This document shows, piece by piece, positions 46,283 to 58,324 of a DNA stretch of 64,000 nt. Position 1 is the stretch's first letter, and each line of letters starts with the position of its first letter. The stretch comes from Planktothrix sp. GU0601_MAG3 (GTDB lineage Bacteria > Cyanobacteriota > Cyanobacteriia > Cyanobacteriales > Microcoleaceae). The position numbers and the translations under genes are program-made. The DNA is taken from positions 3,764,578 through 3,828,577 of the forward strand of contig CP136572.1 in NCBI GenBank assembly GCA_035193785.1. Direction: 5' to 3'. The notes under the pieces are model-generated. The model made no database searches, had not been told where the DNA came from, and was given only the letters and a program-made list of their open reading frames with translations.

Positions 46283-46771
46283 ATGGCAATTACAATCAAG
46301 CTGAATTCTGAGCAAGTCAATCATTTGGATTTGTCCCCTGTGCAAAGGGTCATCAATTCCCTGGCTGAAAATACCGATATTACAGCCTATGAACATCAGA
46401 TTAGCTTCGAGATCGACTATTCCCGTGACCCAGAAGACCCCAGAGAAATTTCAGAAGTTCCTGAAATCCGCCTATGGTTTATTCGCCTAGATGCCCAATA
46501 TCCTTGGCTTCCCTTCTTTCTGGACTGGAAATCTGGGGAATTAGCCCGTTATGTGGCCATGCTCGTCCCCCATCAATTCCATCGCACCGAAGGCATCCAA
46601 TATAACCCGGAAGCCCTAGAAATTTTCCTAATGCAAAAGATCTTTATCCTTGACCAATGGCTCGTCCAACACAACATTCCCAGCAAATCCCGCCTGATGG
46701 CTATGGCTCAAATGCTAGGCTATGACCTGGATGATACCTTCTTTGAAACTTATACTCAGAAAGGGTGTTAA
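46283..46771 (+). CDS. CRR6 family NDH-1 assembly factor (DUF1817)
   Basis: DPREISEVPEIRLWFIRLDAQYPWLP...RYVAMLVPHQF..EGIQYNPEALEIF. Confidence 0.88.
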   Translation: MAITIKLNSEQVNHLDLSPVQRVINSLAENTDITAYEHQISFEIDYSRDPEDPREISEVPEIRLWFIRLDAQYPWLPFFLDWKSGELARYVAMLVPHQFHRTEGIQYNPEALEIFLMQKIFILDQWLVQHNIPSKSRLMAMAQMLGYDLDDTFFETYTQKGC

Positions 46772-46864
46772 TGGTTGGAAGGACTGATGACTGATAAATG
46801 CTAGAGACGCGCCAATAGCCTACGGCATCGCTGCGCTCGGGCACGTCTCTACACTGACCACTGA

Positions 46865-47257
46865 TTACAGATTCAAATATCGTTCAATTAACACAATCGC
46901 CACAATATCATCAATGGGACGGGGTGGGGTTCGCATTCCTTTGGGAATTAAACAAGTTAACCCTTTAGGGGGATAAATTTGCCAATAGCGATCGCGGGCT
47001 TCTAAGGTAGAATATCGTTCATTAACTTGAATAATAGAAAGGGATTCCGGCAAAATGTCAGTTAGTTTTTGTTTCCACATTTTTGAAGTGGTTTGATCTC
47101 CCATGACCACCATTTCAATAGTAAATTGTTGACACAAAGATTCAATAATTTGAGGAACATCCGACGCTAAAATCACCTGATGATAATATAACTGGGAACC
47201 CTCATCCATCACCGCAATTCCACATTTTTCTCGACCGGGATCAAACCCTAAAATCAT
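46865..47257 (-). CDS. YqgF/RuvX family nuclease
   Basis: ILGFDPGREKCGIA, VMGDQT, NERYST, IDDIVA. Confidence 0.85.
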   Translation of the reverse strand: MILGFDPGREKCGIAVMDEGSQLYYHQVILASDVPQIIESLCQQFTIEMVVMGDQTTSKMWKQKLTDILPESLSIIQVNERYSTLEARDRYWQIYPPKGLTCLIPKGMRTPPRPIDDIVAIVLIERYLNL

Positions 47258-47258
47258 T

Positions 47259-48854
47259 TTATTTTTGATCATCGTATTGGATATAATTAGATTTAGAGTT
47301 TGGATGTCCGATATTATTCTGAGTTGATGGATTTTCTAATTTATTAGAATCATTAAGCTGTTCCTGTTGTCGGGTACTAAAGATCACTTGCCCATTGCGA
47401 AGTGCCAATAAATCCAGTCGCAATGGCCCGATAGTATAGGCATCTTCCGCAGCAATAGCTTGAATTTCCAGGGGTTGACTATGTTCTTGGACTTGTTGGA
47501 AAAAATTAATTAATGTATCCATTCTATCATTTCCAATTTGTATTGTTCCACCCACAACTCCAACAAAACGCGCCCGAAAACTGGACGCATCTAAAAGTTG
47601 TTGCATTTGCTTTCTCAATTGATCATTAGATAAAGCAGAAGGATTAAATGTTGTTCCAGCAACAATTTCTCCCGTGGTAAATAATAATCGATTCGGTTCA
47701 GCTTTCGTAAAAACCGATACTTTTGTTTCCCCAACTAAATAATTAGCCGCCGAAATCACTTGTACCACATAATCTCGACCATCATTAATTTGATTAATTA
47801 AATCTTCAATTTCTACCTTTGTAATTTGAATTACTTGAACCTGACCAGCTTTTGTATTTCCCAATTGTACAGACTCAATGGCATAATTATTCGCTTCTTT
47901 TAACAGGGTATCAACCGCCTGATTTGCCGTTTTGGGATCACTAATTCTGACCAAACTACTGGATAAAACCTGTCCCCTTTCTAAAACAACACTGCCTTCT
48001 CGTAATAATTGAAAATCCCGTCCAATTAGTTCAACTTGTTGACTTAAAAATTGTTTTTGCCGTTCTAATGTTGTCTGTTCTGTTTCCAATTCTTCCAACC
48101 GAGATTCCCGTTTTGCAATAATTTGATCCTGTTCTTTGATCCTTTGTTCCTGTTGTTCAATTTCCCGATCCTGCTGTTTCATTTCCTCTGAACGTTTAGC
48201 AATTTCCTGATCCCGATTTTGAATTTGAGCTTTTACCTGTTCTTGTTGCCGAATCAAATTTTGACGCTCATTCCTGAGTTTTTGAATTTCCGATCGTAAA
48301 CTTTGTTTTTGTTTAAATACCTCTTGAAGTCGATTTTCTCTATCTTTCAGTTCGGCTTCCGTTGCCGTTCTTTCTACCTGAATATCGCGTAATTGTTTCC
48401 GAAGATCTCCTAATTGATTCTGAGTTCTTGCTAATTCTTCTGCTGTTTCAAAAGCTTGAGATTGAGCCGTTTTCAGGGATTGATTGATCATATTTAACTG
48501 TGCCATGGCGGTATTGATTTCCGTTTTAGCCCTCGTTAAATCCCTTTCTACTCGACTTTTTTCATCTTCTGCCCTCGTTAAATCCTTCCGAGCATCATTC
48601 AATCTACTTTGAATTTGATCAATTTGAAACACACCTCGACGTAGAGGTTTACTCGAAGCAAATAAAATCCCCAAGGTCAATGCCGAAAGTACACTGCCAG
48701 TTAAAATGGTCACAACCATAGCAGTGTTGCGGGGGCGGAGATTAAATAAACTTAGCCTGGCTTTTCCAACTTTAGTTCCCAGCCGATCGCTAACCGTCGC
48801 AATCACGCCCCCTAACACCAAAATGGATACAACCAGGATAATTCCTGCGGTCAT
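47259..48854 (-). CDS. DUF3084 coiled-coil membrane protein
   Basis: GGVIATVSDRLGTKVGKARLSLFNLRPRNTA, long coiled coil; sits downstream of ntcA. Confidence 0.87.
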   Translation of the reverse strand: MTAGIILVVSILVLGGVIATVSDRLGTKVGKARLSLFNLRPRNTAMVVTILTGSVLSALTLGILFASSKPLRRGVFQIDQIQSRLNDARKDLTRAEDEKSRVERDLTRAKTEINTAMAQLNMINQSLKTAQSQAFETAEELARTQNQLGDLRKQLRDIQVERTATEAELKDRENRLQEVFKQKQSLRSEIQKLRNERQNLIRQQEQVKAQIQNRDQEIAKRSEEMKQQDREIEQQEQRIKEQDQIIAKRESRLEELETEQTTLERQKQFLSQQVELIGRDFQLLREGSVVLERGQVLSSSLVRISDPKTANQAVDTLLKEANNYAIESVQLGNTKAGQVQVIQITKVEIEDLINQINDGRDYVVQVISAANYLVGETKVSVFTKAEPNRLLFTTGEIVAGTTFNPSALSNDQLRKQMQQLLDASSFRARFVGVVGGTIQIGNDRMDTLINFFQQVQEHSQPLEIQAIAAEDAYTIGPLRLDLLALRNGQVIFSTRQQEQLNDSNKLENPSTQNNIGHPNSKSNYIQYDDQK

Positions 48855-49037
48855 ATAAGAAAAAATGGGGAGAGTGGAAACTCAGCATTTCAGGACTGGA
48901 GAGTCCCAAAATTCAACTATGGAGTTAATATCGATTTTATCCCCCTCTAATTTGCAGTTTCCTCAATTAACTCGGGTGAAATCTACGGGTTGCTTCCTAG
49001 GTTTTTTCCAGGGTCATCTAGGAAATTGACCCCAAAA

Positions 49038-49704
49038 TTAAGTAAATTGTTGACTTAGAGTGACGGGATTATGGACTGTGATCTTTTTCTTATAAATTGA
49101 GATCATGTTTTTTTGTCGTAAATCTCCTAATAGACGGGTAACCGTAACCCGCGTGGAACCGATCGCTTCGGCGATCGCCTGATGAGAAAGTTTCAAATCA
49201 ATCCGAATTCCATCTCTACCTGGTACGCCAAAATCTCGACAAAGAATCAGGAGAAAACTAACTAATCTCGATCCCATATCTCGGTGAGCTAAGGTTTCAA
49301 TCATCATCTCCGTTTGTAAAATCCGAGACGACAATCCCCGCAACATCACCATCGGCAGTTCGGGATCGCTTTTTAGGGCTTTCTCCACCTGTTCAATCGG
49401 AAACGGAGAGTAATTCTACAGAGGTAAAGGCAACAGCATGGTAAAACCGATCTGACCGATGACCTGTAATTAACGATAAAACACCAAATACACTATTTTC
49501 TCGAAGTAAAGCGACAGTAATTTCTTCTCCAGCCTCATAGACCCTGGATAATTTAACCGCACCTTTGATCAGAACATAGACGCGCTCCGCCGGATCGCCG
49601 GGAAAGAAGATCGTCTTACCCCGTTCAAAGCTTTCCACGACGGGAGGGAACGCCCCCCCGCCGATGCTGCGGAATACTTCTGCTAACGGTTTATCATACG
49701 TCAC
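49038..49704 (-). CDS. ntcA: Global nitrogen regulator NtcA; frameshift at 49400
   Basis: [50 protein letters not shown]; repair gives LLSV-PIEQ. Confidence 0.96.
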
Positions 49705-49745
49705 GACCCGATCCCTTGCACTAAAAATGCTCTAATATATCTTCC

Positions 49746-49759
49746 GTATTTCAGTCTAC
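49746..49759. promoter_or_regulatory. Candidate NtcA box (GTA-N8-TAC) in the ntcA/fabI divergent spacer
   Basis: GTA TTTCAGTC TAC, about 40 bp upstream of the ntcA start. Confidence 0.5.
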
Positions 49760-49804
49760 GCTAATTAAGCTAATTGCATCATCTTGCTTATAGAATAGTC
49801 TATT

Positions 49805-50581
49805 ATGCTGAATTTGAACGGAAAAAACGCACTTGTTACCGGCATTGCCAATAATCGCTCCATTGCGTGGGGCATTGCCCAACAGCTTCACCAAGCTGGA
49901 GCTAATCTTGGAATCACCTACCTTCCCGATGAGAAAGGTCGTTTTGAAAAAAAGGTGCAAGAATTAGTTGAACCCCTCAACCCCAGTTTATTTCTCCCCT
50001 GTGATGTCCAAAATGACGCTCAAATCGAGGAGTTATTTACGGCTATCCGTGACCAATGGGGACGAATTGATATTCTGATCCATTGTCTGGCCTTCGCGGG
50101 GAAGGAGGAACTCTCCGGGGACTTTAGCAATGTATCCCGGGCTGGATTTACCCGCGCCCTGGACATTAGTGCCTATTCTCTAATTCAACTGAGTGCGGCG
50201 GCTAAACCTTTAATGACCCAGGGGGGTAGCATTATTACCCTAACCTATCTCGGCGGTGTACGAGTTATTCCTAATTACAATGTGATGGGAATTGCTAAAG
50301 CAGCCCTGGAAATGAATGTTCGCTACCTGGCGGCGGAGTTGGGGCCCTTGGGAGTTCGGGTAAACGGCATTTCGGCTGGCCCGATTCGGACTTTGGCATC
50401 TTCGGCCGTGGGTGGGATTTTAGACATGATCCATCACGTTGAGGACATCGCCCCCCTAAAACGGACGGTGACTCAAACGGAAGTCGGTAATGTGGCGGCG
50501 TTCCTGAGTAGCGATTTATCCAGCGGCATTACAGGTCAAATTCTGTATGTCGATTCGGGTTATTGCATTATGGGAATGTAA
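49805..50581 (+). CDS. fabI: Enoyl-ACP reductase
   Basis: GIANNRSIAWGIA, YNVMGIAKAALE, ISAGPIRTLA. Confidence 0.96.
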   Translation: MLNLNGKNALVTGIANNRSIAWGIAQQLHQAGANLGITYLPDEKGRFEKKVQELVEPLNPSLFLPCDVQNDAQIEELFTAIRDQWGRIDILIHCLAFAGKEELSGDFSNVSRAGFTRALDISAYSLIQLSAAAKPLMTQGGSIITLTYLGGVRVIPNYNVMGIAKAALEMNVRYLAAELGPLGVRVNGISAGPIRTLASSAVGGILDMIHHVEDIAPLKRTVTQTEVGNVAAFLSSDLSSGITGQILYVDSGYCIMGM

Positions 50582-50584
50582 TTA

Positions 50585-50830
50585 ATCAGTTATCAGTCAA
50601 CAGTTATCAGTTTAAGAGTTAACAGTTTAAGAGTTAACAGTTTAAGAGTTAACAGTTTAGGAGTTAATTAACTGTTGGCTTATTAACTAATAACTGTTAA
50701 CTGACGACTAATAACTGATGACTAATAACTGATGACTGTTAACTGATGACTGATGACTGATGACTGATGACTAATAACTGTTAACTAATAACTAATAACT
50801 GATAACTGATAACTGATAACTGATGACTGA
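50585..50830. repeat. Long STRR-type inverted array between fabI and hisB
   Basis: (CAGTTAT)n and three CAGTTTAAGAGTTAA units, followed by about 20 ACTGATG/ACTAATA/ACTGATA units running into the hisB start. Confidence 0.9.
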
Positions 50831-51468
50831 CACTAGCGATCGCCCTTCTATTAATACTGCAAATTCTAATGATCTGCCCCCCAGAATTGCTACGGTGTAC
50901 CGCAAAACGGGAGAAACAGAGGTTAATGTCACGATTAATTTAGATGGAACTGGAATCTGTAAGGTTTCTACAGGAATTCCCTTTTTAGATCACATGATGC
51001 ACCAAATTTCATCCCATGGCTTAATTGATTTAGAAATTCAAGCCACTGGAGATATTGAAATTGATGATCACCATACCAATGAAGATGTGGGAATTACATT
51101 AGGTTTAGCTTTAGCTAAAGCCCTAGGCGATCGCAAAGGAATTACTCGTTTTGGTCATTTTATTGCCCCTTTAGATGAAGCCTTAGTACAAGTTGCTTTA
51201 GATTTTTCTGGTCGTCCTCACCTCACATATCGTTTAGAAATTCCGACTCAACGAGTGGGAAACCTACGATACTCAATTAGTCCGAGAATTCTTTGTGGCA
51301 ATTGTTAATAATAGTCAACTAACATTGCATTTACGCCAGTTAGATGGAATTAATTCCCACCATATTATTGAAGCTGGGTTTAAAGCCTTTGCCAGATCCT
51401 TAAGAATGGCAGTTGAAATTGATCCCCGTCGGGCAAATACCATCCCCAGTTCTAAAGGAGTTTTGTAA
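50823..51468 (+). CDS. hisB: Imidazoleglycerol-phosphate dehydratase; frameshift at 51259
   Basis: [20 protein letters not shown]; after repair RVG-TYDTQLV...NSHHIIEA...IPSSKGVL*. Confidence 0.95.
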
Positions 51469-51501
51469 GTAGGTAGGTATCAATAAACCTTGCCCATTAC
51501 T

Positions 51502-51561
51502 GATCACAGATTTAAAAGGATTTCACGGATTTCACGGATTTTAATCTGTGTTAATCTGCGT
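51502..51561 (-). repeat. 9-bp-unit element, copy 3 (inverted)
   Basis: Close to the reverse complement of the 16846 and 18462 elements. Confidence 0.8.
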
Positions 51562-51583
51562 AATCCTCTTCAATCTGTAATCC

Positions 51584-51856
51584 CTATTCCAAATACTTCT
51601 GTAACATTTGTTCCAACTGCATAACCGACATTCGGGGTGAAGGACGGGGAATAGGTTGGTCTGGTTCACCGGATTTAAACAGGACAGGAATCGAATATTG
51701 ATAGGCTTGAAACCAATCTTCTCGGGTAGTAATGTCTCGGATTTCTAATTGAAATCCTCCTAATTTTTGGTGTGAGGTTTGAATTTTCTCCAATTTTTCC
51801 TGGAGTCCTTCGCATAAATGACAGCCAGGTTTACTATATAAAATTAGTGTGATCAT
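51584..51856 (-). CDS. Glutaredoxin-like protein (DUF836)
   Basis: LYSKPGCHLCE, YQYSIPVL. Confidence 0.88.
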   Translation of the reverse strand: MITLILYSKPGCHLCEGLQEKLEKIQTSHQKLGGFQLEIRDITTREDWFQAYQYSIPVLFKSGEPDQPIPRPSPRMSVMQLEQMLQKYLE

Positions 51857-54800
51857 TGGATTTCCTTAATCTCCGATAGTAATAATTGGGTCGCTTGTTT
51901 CGGCTTCTAGGGGTTTAGCGAATAAATAACCCTGTCCGAATGGACAGCCTAATTCCTGTAAAATTCTTCTTTGTTCGCGGGTTTCTATCCCTTCAGCGAT
52001 CACATCTAATTCTAAATTTTGCGCTAAAGAAATAATAGCTTTAACGATTTGTAAGGGCTGGCTTTTTTTACCGCTAAAATTTTTGCTTTTATGATCTAAA
52101 CGATTAATAAATGAACGATCAATTTTCAAACTATTTAAGGGAAATTGATGTAAATAACTCAAGGATGAATACCCTGTCCCGAAGTCATCAATTGATAGAT
52201 GAATTTTGCGAGATCTTAGTTGAGCCAGGATCGAAAAAGAAGCAGATAAATTTTCCATAATCACACTTTCGGTAATTTCCAGTTTCAAATCACTAGGATT
52301 ACAAGCTGTTTCCGTTAATATTTGATCAATTTGTTCTAATAGATTCGATTGACAAAGCTGTTTACTCGATAGGTTAACACTCATATTTAGGGGATAAACA
52401 TTACCATTATATTTGTGTTTTTGATCATCAGATTTTTCCATAGAGGCTGTATTAACTAAAACAAACTTTTGGGTTAATTTTTGTTTCCAAACTCGCAATT
52501 GCTCACAAGCTTCTCGTAATACCCAAGCCCCCAAGGGAATAATTAAACCCGTTTCTTCCGCAACGGGAATAAACTCTACAGGCGATACTAAACCCCTGGT
52601 GGGATGTAGCCAACGCACTAGGGCTTCAAAGCCAGTAATTTTACCACTGGATAAAGAAACAATTGGCTGATAATAGACCTTAAATCCCTTGAGATTTGAG
52701 GGTTGAGTGATTGATCTTTCCAGTAGATGTTCTTGAGTTACGGGCTCTGAGTGCTGTGGATTTCCAATTTGAATTCTTCCATAAATAGCTTGTCGTAAAT
52801 CAGTTTCAAGCTGCAATATAGACAGAGTTTGACTATGTATATTTAAATCAAAAACTTCATGTCGAGCTTTGCCTTTAGCCTTAGCTCTATACATAGCAAT
52901 ATCAGCATCTCGTAAAAAATCTTCAGGATTATTATACAATAAACATTGGTGGGATTCAATATTGTTTTCCGATGGCTGATTATTGCCCTTGCTGGGAACA
53001 ATTCCAATACTAACGGTGGTAAAAATTTCATGTCCCTGAATATAAAAAGGTTGAGTTAATTCATAGTGAATTTTCTCTGCCATTTTTGTTGCATCGGTAA
53101 TGCTTTGAACCCGATTAATCAAAATTGTAAATTCATCTCCCCCTAAACGAGCAACGGTATCTAATGGGTTGACACAATACAAAAGACGATGGGAAATTTC
53201 AACTAATAGTTGATCTCCAATTAAATGCCCTAAACTATCATTAACAACCTTAAATCTATCTAAGTCTAAAAATAAGACTGCAAACTCATAATTAGGTTCT
53301 TGTTTAGATCGTTTTAATAACTGTGCTAAACGTTCATTAAAAAAGCTCCGATTAGGTAATTGAGTCAAAGCATCATGTAGGGCTTCATACATGAGTTGGG
53401 CTTCAAATTGTTTACGTTCAGTAATATCCCGAATAATAATTTGAATTGCAGATTGACCTTGATAGGTAGCCGGAATTCCGACAATTTCTACATCAATAAC
53501 TTCCCCATTTAATCGAGTTAGTTTTTGTTCTATTAACGACCGAGGTTGCTGTTCATTTTGATCATCTTGAATTTGAGTATGAATGGAATTAAAATAATCA
53601 GGAGGCAAAAAATCAAAAATAGAGCGACCAATTAAATCTTGAGGGCGATTTGCTCCTAATAGTTTGGCTCCAGCCAGATTAATATAAACTAATTGTTCTC
53701 CATTGTGAATGGCAATAGTTTCAGGAGATAATTCAACTAAACGGCGATAGCGCTCCTCACTTTCCCGCAGACCTAATTCGGCTTTAACCCGTTGTTTTTC
53801 TGTTTGATTAGCAGCAATAAATCGACCAATACTTTGAGCCATTAACTCTAAAATTTCCAGTTCATAGGATTTATAATCTACGGTTTTAACCTCTAAAGCA
53901 GCAAAAGCTAATGTCCCATAAATTTCACCATTGACCCAAATTGGAGTTCCCAAACAGGTTTCGAGATGAAACCTTTGATAGCTTCGGAGTTGATTGAATT
54001 GAGGATTTTGCCCGATTGCAGTATGAACTTGAGTAATTTGGGTCTGAATGACTTTAACACAGTAGCTTTCTTCAAAAGGCACTATCATACCTGGTTGAAT
54101 TATATCTAAATCGGAATCAACGGTATCAATAATAATAGTGTTATTTTCTAATCGGCTAATGAAACCAATTGATAATTGAAAAATCTCACGTCCAACTTGG
54201 AGATAATCTCGAAAAAGTTCATCTGAATTTTGATGATTATAGGTGGTAATCCGATGCAAATGTTTGAGATTAGAACTAAACTGAGCTAAGGCTTGGGATT
54301 GTAAAACCAAAGATTGTTCAGATTGTTTCCGTTTAGTTATATCTGCTTGAATCCCAATAAAATGAGTCAAATATCCTTTGGAACTATATACTGGAGCAAT
54401 GGAAAGTTCATTCCAGAAAAACTCCCCATCTTTCCGATAATTCTGTAGTTCGACATGACACTCTTTTCCTTCTAATACGGCACGACGAATTTCATCAACG
54501 GCTGCATCTTTGGAATAATTCCCCTGTAAAAATCGGCAATTTTCTCCTAAAATATCTTCGCTGCCATATCCTGTAATTCGTTCAAATCCGTTATTCACAA
54601 AAATAATCGGATTATCTGGTTGGGTTGCATCGGTAATCACAATCCCATTACTACTACTATTAATGGCTCGTTTCCATCAACTGTAAACGTTCTTGGGCGC
54701 GGTGACTTTCAATCGCCGCCGCTAAAACATTAGCGATCGCTTCCAAAAAATGTACATCTTCCAGGGTAAACTGGCGATGGCAAGTGCTATGGACACTTAA

Positions 54801-56094
54801 AACCCCCCAAGCCTTTGAAATAGGGGAATCCACCTGTTTTTTACTCGAGGCTGAATCCTGTCCCCAACGGGCAACTACCACACTCATACCACTAACTACC
54901 CGATGATTATGCAGCAAGGGAGTTCCAGAAAATCGAGTTTCCACCCGTAAATCATCCACCACAATCGGTTCATTCTTAAGTAGGGTATACCCAGCCTGGG
55001 AGTTAATATGGGCACTCACCCTCGCATTGCCCACCAGTCCCTTTTGCCAACCCACCCCCGCCCTCAACCAAAAAGCATGGCCTCCGGGCATCAGTTCCAA
55101 AAGTTTACAGTATTCTACATCCAAGGTTTTCGCCACGGCATCGACAACTTCATTCACTAAGACGGAGAGGTCAGAATGAATTAGAGCCTGTTGACCGAGG
55201 TGGGCGACCGTAGCTTGCTGGCTGACCTTAGATTGCAAGGTGGCCAAAAGCGGGTCTATTGGCCCAGGGGTGGGGACTTCTTCCGTGATTGCTTGGGTGC
55301 TAATTAAGGTGGCGACTAACTGACCCAATTGATTTCTAAGGGGTAAAAAAGTAGCACCACAGCAGTCCAATCTCCCATCCCGACGCTGGAAGGGAATTTC
55401 GCGGGTGTAGCCGGAATATTCATCGGCGGGCTCAGAGTTGTATAGGTCAATAGCGTCATGTAACGCCGATAAATTCAAAGCCGCCAAAGTTCGACCCAAA
55501 ACCTGGGATTTATCATAACCAAACATTTGTTCTGCGACGGTATTCCAATCAATAATTTGGTGTTCCGCACTCAACAGAATTACCCCCTGTTTCCAATGGT
55601 CAAAGCTGGGAATATAGCCCGATGGTAAGGTTTGATTGGGTGCATGGCGGAGAAGTTCGGAGTAGGTGGACAGAATCAATTTTTCCCCATTTACTGTTAG
55701 CAGACGCATGGATACTAATGTCCACCAGAGGGTTCCATCTAATCGTTTTACTTGCAGAGTTTGTTGTGTGAAATCCTGTTTTTGCAACTTCTCTAGCAGA
55801 ACTTCTCTATCCGTGAGATTAGCAAAGATATCGGATTCAGCAAAGTTCGATATTTCTGATTTAGGCAATCCAAAGGTCTGTTGGAAACGAGAATTACAAT
55901 AAAAAACCCGACCATCGCCCAGGTGACTGACAATCAAAGCAACTTGCAGCAGTTTCTGCAATCACCTGAATCAGTGTTGGGCTGTCTAGTAATCCAACTT
56001 CTTGATCCGCATCTATTACCCACCCCGGAGCAATGGATGCAATGGGATAAAGTTGGTTTTGATCTGCTTGTGTCTTGTGTTTGTTGAGCATCAA
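51853..56094 (-). CDS. PAS-PAS-GAF-LOV-GAF-PAS-GGDEF-EAL c-di-GMP enzyme; three frameshifts (55952, 54670, 51897)
   Basis: [12 protein letters not shown] motif, [23 protein letters not shown]. The repaired stop at 51853 overlaps the glutaredoxin ATG (ATGA). Confidence 0.88.
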
Positions 56095-57001
56095 CTAGGT
56101 TCTGTGCATTATTTATCCGATTACTCGTAGTTATCGTACTTTTTGCAGAGTGTTTTACACACCAAGAGTTTTTTGTCTGCCCCTCCCTATACATTTTACG
56201 ATTATTACCCTGAAATTTTGACATTTTTTAATGAAAATTAAAAAAAGGTTAACAAACCTGCTCCATAGATTTTCGATGGATGTCAGTTTGGGACAAAAAT
56301 TGATGTGATCAGGAATATCCTTGTCTGAGGATATTTATTTTTTAAAAAGGAATATTAACATTATTATCAATATTCTAAAGGAGTTTACCCAGTCTTACCG
56401 GAGATTCCCTGACTCTAATGCGAGTAGGAGCGCATTGATCTTAGAAAGGATCAATCCAATTAAGGGCTTTTGCCGATCATACTTTTTCCGTCTATCCCTA
56501 AAATAAGCTCTTTTTTTTTGAAGTTCAATAATAATTATTTATTTATTATTAAACCGTGTGCTAAGTTTAATTATGTAAAAATATTCCTATTGATGACTAG
56601 ACAAATAACCCTTGATTCTGGTATAATATGTCCGACATCAGCTTTAAGTTCTGTATTTACTAAATTTGTTCTAGGTTTAAGATAAATTGGGGCAAGATAT
56701 CCTCTTCTGATCAGGTGCAGGGATTTTCTAATATTTCCACTGCTTGATTGATCCGATAAATTTCTAACGTTTTTGTTTGAGGGTTGATCAACCATCCGAA
56801 AAGAGTTCCATTTTCTTGATATGACTTCATTTTATTTTGATCTGACAAAGTTTAAAAAACTGTTCATTAGTCAGAGCAATATTTTCTAAGTATCAGGTGA
56901 ATTTGGTCATAATTATTTGTTTTAGGGTGATTTTAAACCAAAACTATTATAGCGGTAATTAATATAATCCTGGAAAATTAAATCTTTTTTAGCAATTTTC
57001 T

Positions 57002-57754
57002 ATGAATCAGAAAAAAAGAGTCTTGATTTTGGGAGGAACTACCGAAGCGGTGGCAATAGCAACTCAAATTAATCAAATCCCGGGTGTGGATGCGATCGCC
57101 TCCTTGGCAGGTCGAACTCAGCAACCCGTCACCCAAACTAACCCAGTTTCCTCTCGCATTGGAGGGTTTGGGGGAGTGGCTGGATTAGCAAACTATCTAC
57201 GCCAGGAACACATTGATTTGGTAATTGATGCCACCCATCCCTTTGCCGCCCAAATTTCCTTTAATGCTGCCCAAGCCGCCTCCGAATGTGGTATTCCCCG
57301 ATTAATGCTAATTCGTCCCGCTTGGAAAGCAGTATTAGGAGATCATTGGATTGAGGTAGACACAAATCAATTGGCGGCCAAGACTTTACCCGGGTTAGCT
57401 GAACGCATATTTCTTACCATTGGTCGGCAAGAACTCCCCGCCTATGCCCAGGTAAAAAATATCTGGTTTTTGATGCGGATGATTGACCCTGCTGAACCAG
57501 ATTTACCCATACCCCCCGGACAGTTAATTTTGCAACGGGGGCCGTTTTCTTTAGAGTCGGAGCGAGTGCTTTTACAAGAACATCAAATCGGGGCAATTGT
57601 TAGTAAAAATAGCGGGGGTGATGCCACATATCCCAAAATTATTGCCGCCCGGGAGTTAGGATTACCAGTTGTCATGGTGCAACGTCCCCCGTTTCCTGAA
57701 GGGGAGACCGTTACAGATGTAGAAAGTGTGATCTCCTGGGTGAAAAACCAATAA
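57002..57754 (+). CDS. cobK: Cobalt-precorrin-6A/precorrin-6x reductase
   Basis: LILGGTTEA, GGFGGVAGL, IDATHPFA, RGPFS, VSKNSGG. Confidence 0.93.
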   Translation: MNQKKRVLILGGTTEAVAIATQINQIPGVDAIASLAGRTQQPVTQTNPVSSRIGGFGGVAGLANYLRQEHIDLVIDATHPFAAQISFNAAQAASECGIPRLMLIRPAWKAVLGDHWIEVDTNQLAAKTLPGLAERIFLTIGRQELPAYAQVKNIWFLMRMIDPAEPDLPIPPGQLILQRGPFSLESERVLLQEHQIGAIVSKNSGGDATYPKIIAARELGLPVVMVQRPPFPEGETVTDVESVISWVKNQ

Positions 57755-57791
57755 TTAAATAATCAGACTCAATGAAATTATTTATAATCTG

Positions 57792-58316
57792 TCAATAACG
57801 TTTGTGAATCGATTTACATTCCCAAAAAAGTCCCGGCCCAACCGTCAAAACTTGCTCAGTGGGCATGAACAATTCCCAATAGGCAAGCCCAGAATTATCT
57901 TGCAAGTCTGGCTCTAAAATAAGTTGGTAATTACCCTCAAATAAGAGGGTGAGACTAATATTCTGAGCATCAACCACAAGATTAATCAATTCTTTGTTTT
58001 CCAACGATTGCTGCAAAAGTTTTTTGACAGTATCCATTTCTGCATCTATATTAACTTGTAAGGTAGAAGTTAAAACTTGATCTCCTTGCTGGAAAATCCA
58101 AGGTGTTGCCCTGGTGCCAAATTGCCAACTTCCTTTGCGTAAATGTTTCAATTTAGGGTGACTATAGGCAGACATTTCACCAAAATCTAGCCTTAATTCA
58201 TCCCCATAACTTAATTTAACCTGATGACAAATTTCTCCAATGATAGGTTTTGTAATCACTGAAATAATTTGCTCCAGATTTGGCTGTAAATTAGCAAGAG
58301 ATTTCTGAGTAACCAT
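57792..58316 (-). CDS. Hypothetical protein (174 aa)
   Basis: ATG 58316 lies just after the repaired cobL stop; SYGDELRLDFG...WELFMP...LTVGPG. Confidence 0.7.
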   Translation of the reverse strand: MVTQKSLANLQPNLEQIISVITKPIIGEICHQVKLSYGDELRLDFGEMSAYSHPKLKHLRKGSWQFGTRATPWIFQQGDQVLTSTLQVNIDAEMDTVKKLLQQSLENKELINLVVDAQNISLTLLFEGNYQLILEPDLQDNSGLAYWELFMPTEQVLTVGPGLFWECKSIHKRY

Positions 58317-58324
58317 TAAAGGTG

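Noticed and set aside
56100..57000. Short ORFs or a cobalamin riboswitch upstream of cobK
   Set aside because: Very AT-rich divergent promoter region. The ORFs lack motifs and I could not find B12-box elements; an Rfam scan would settle it.
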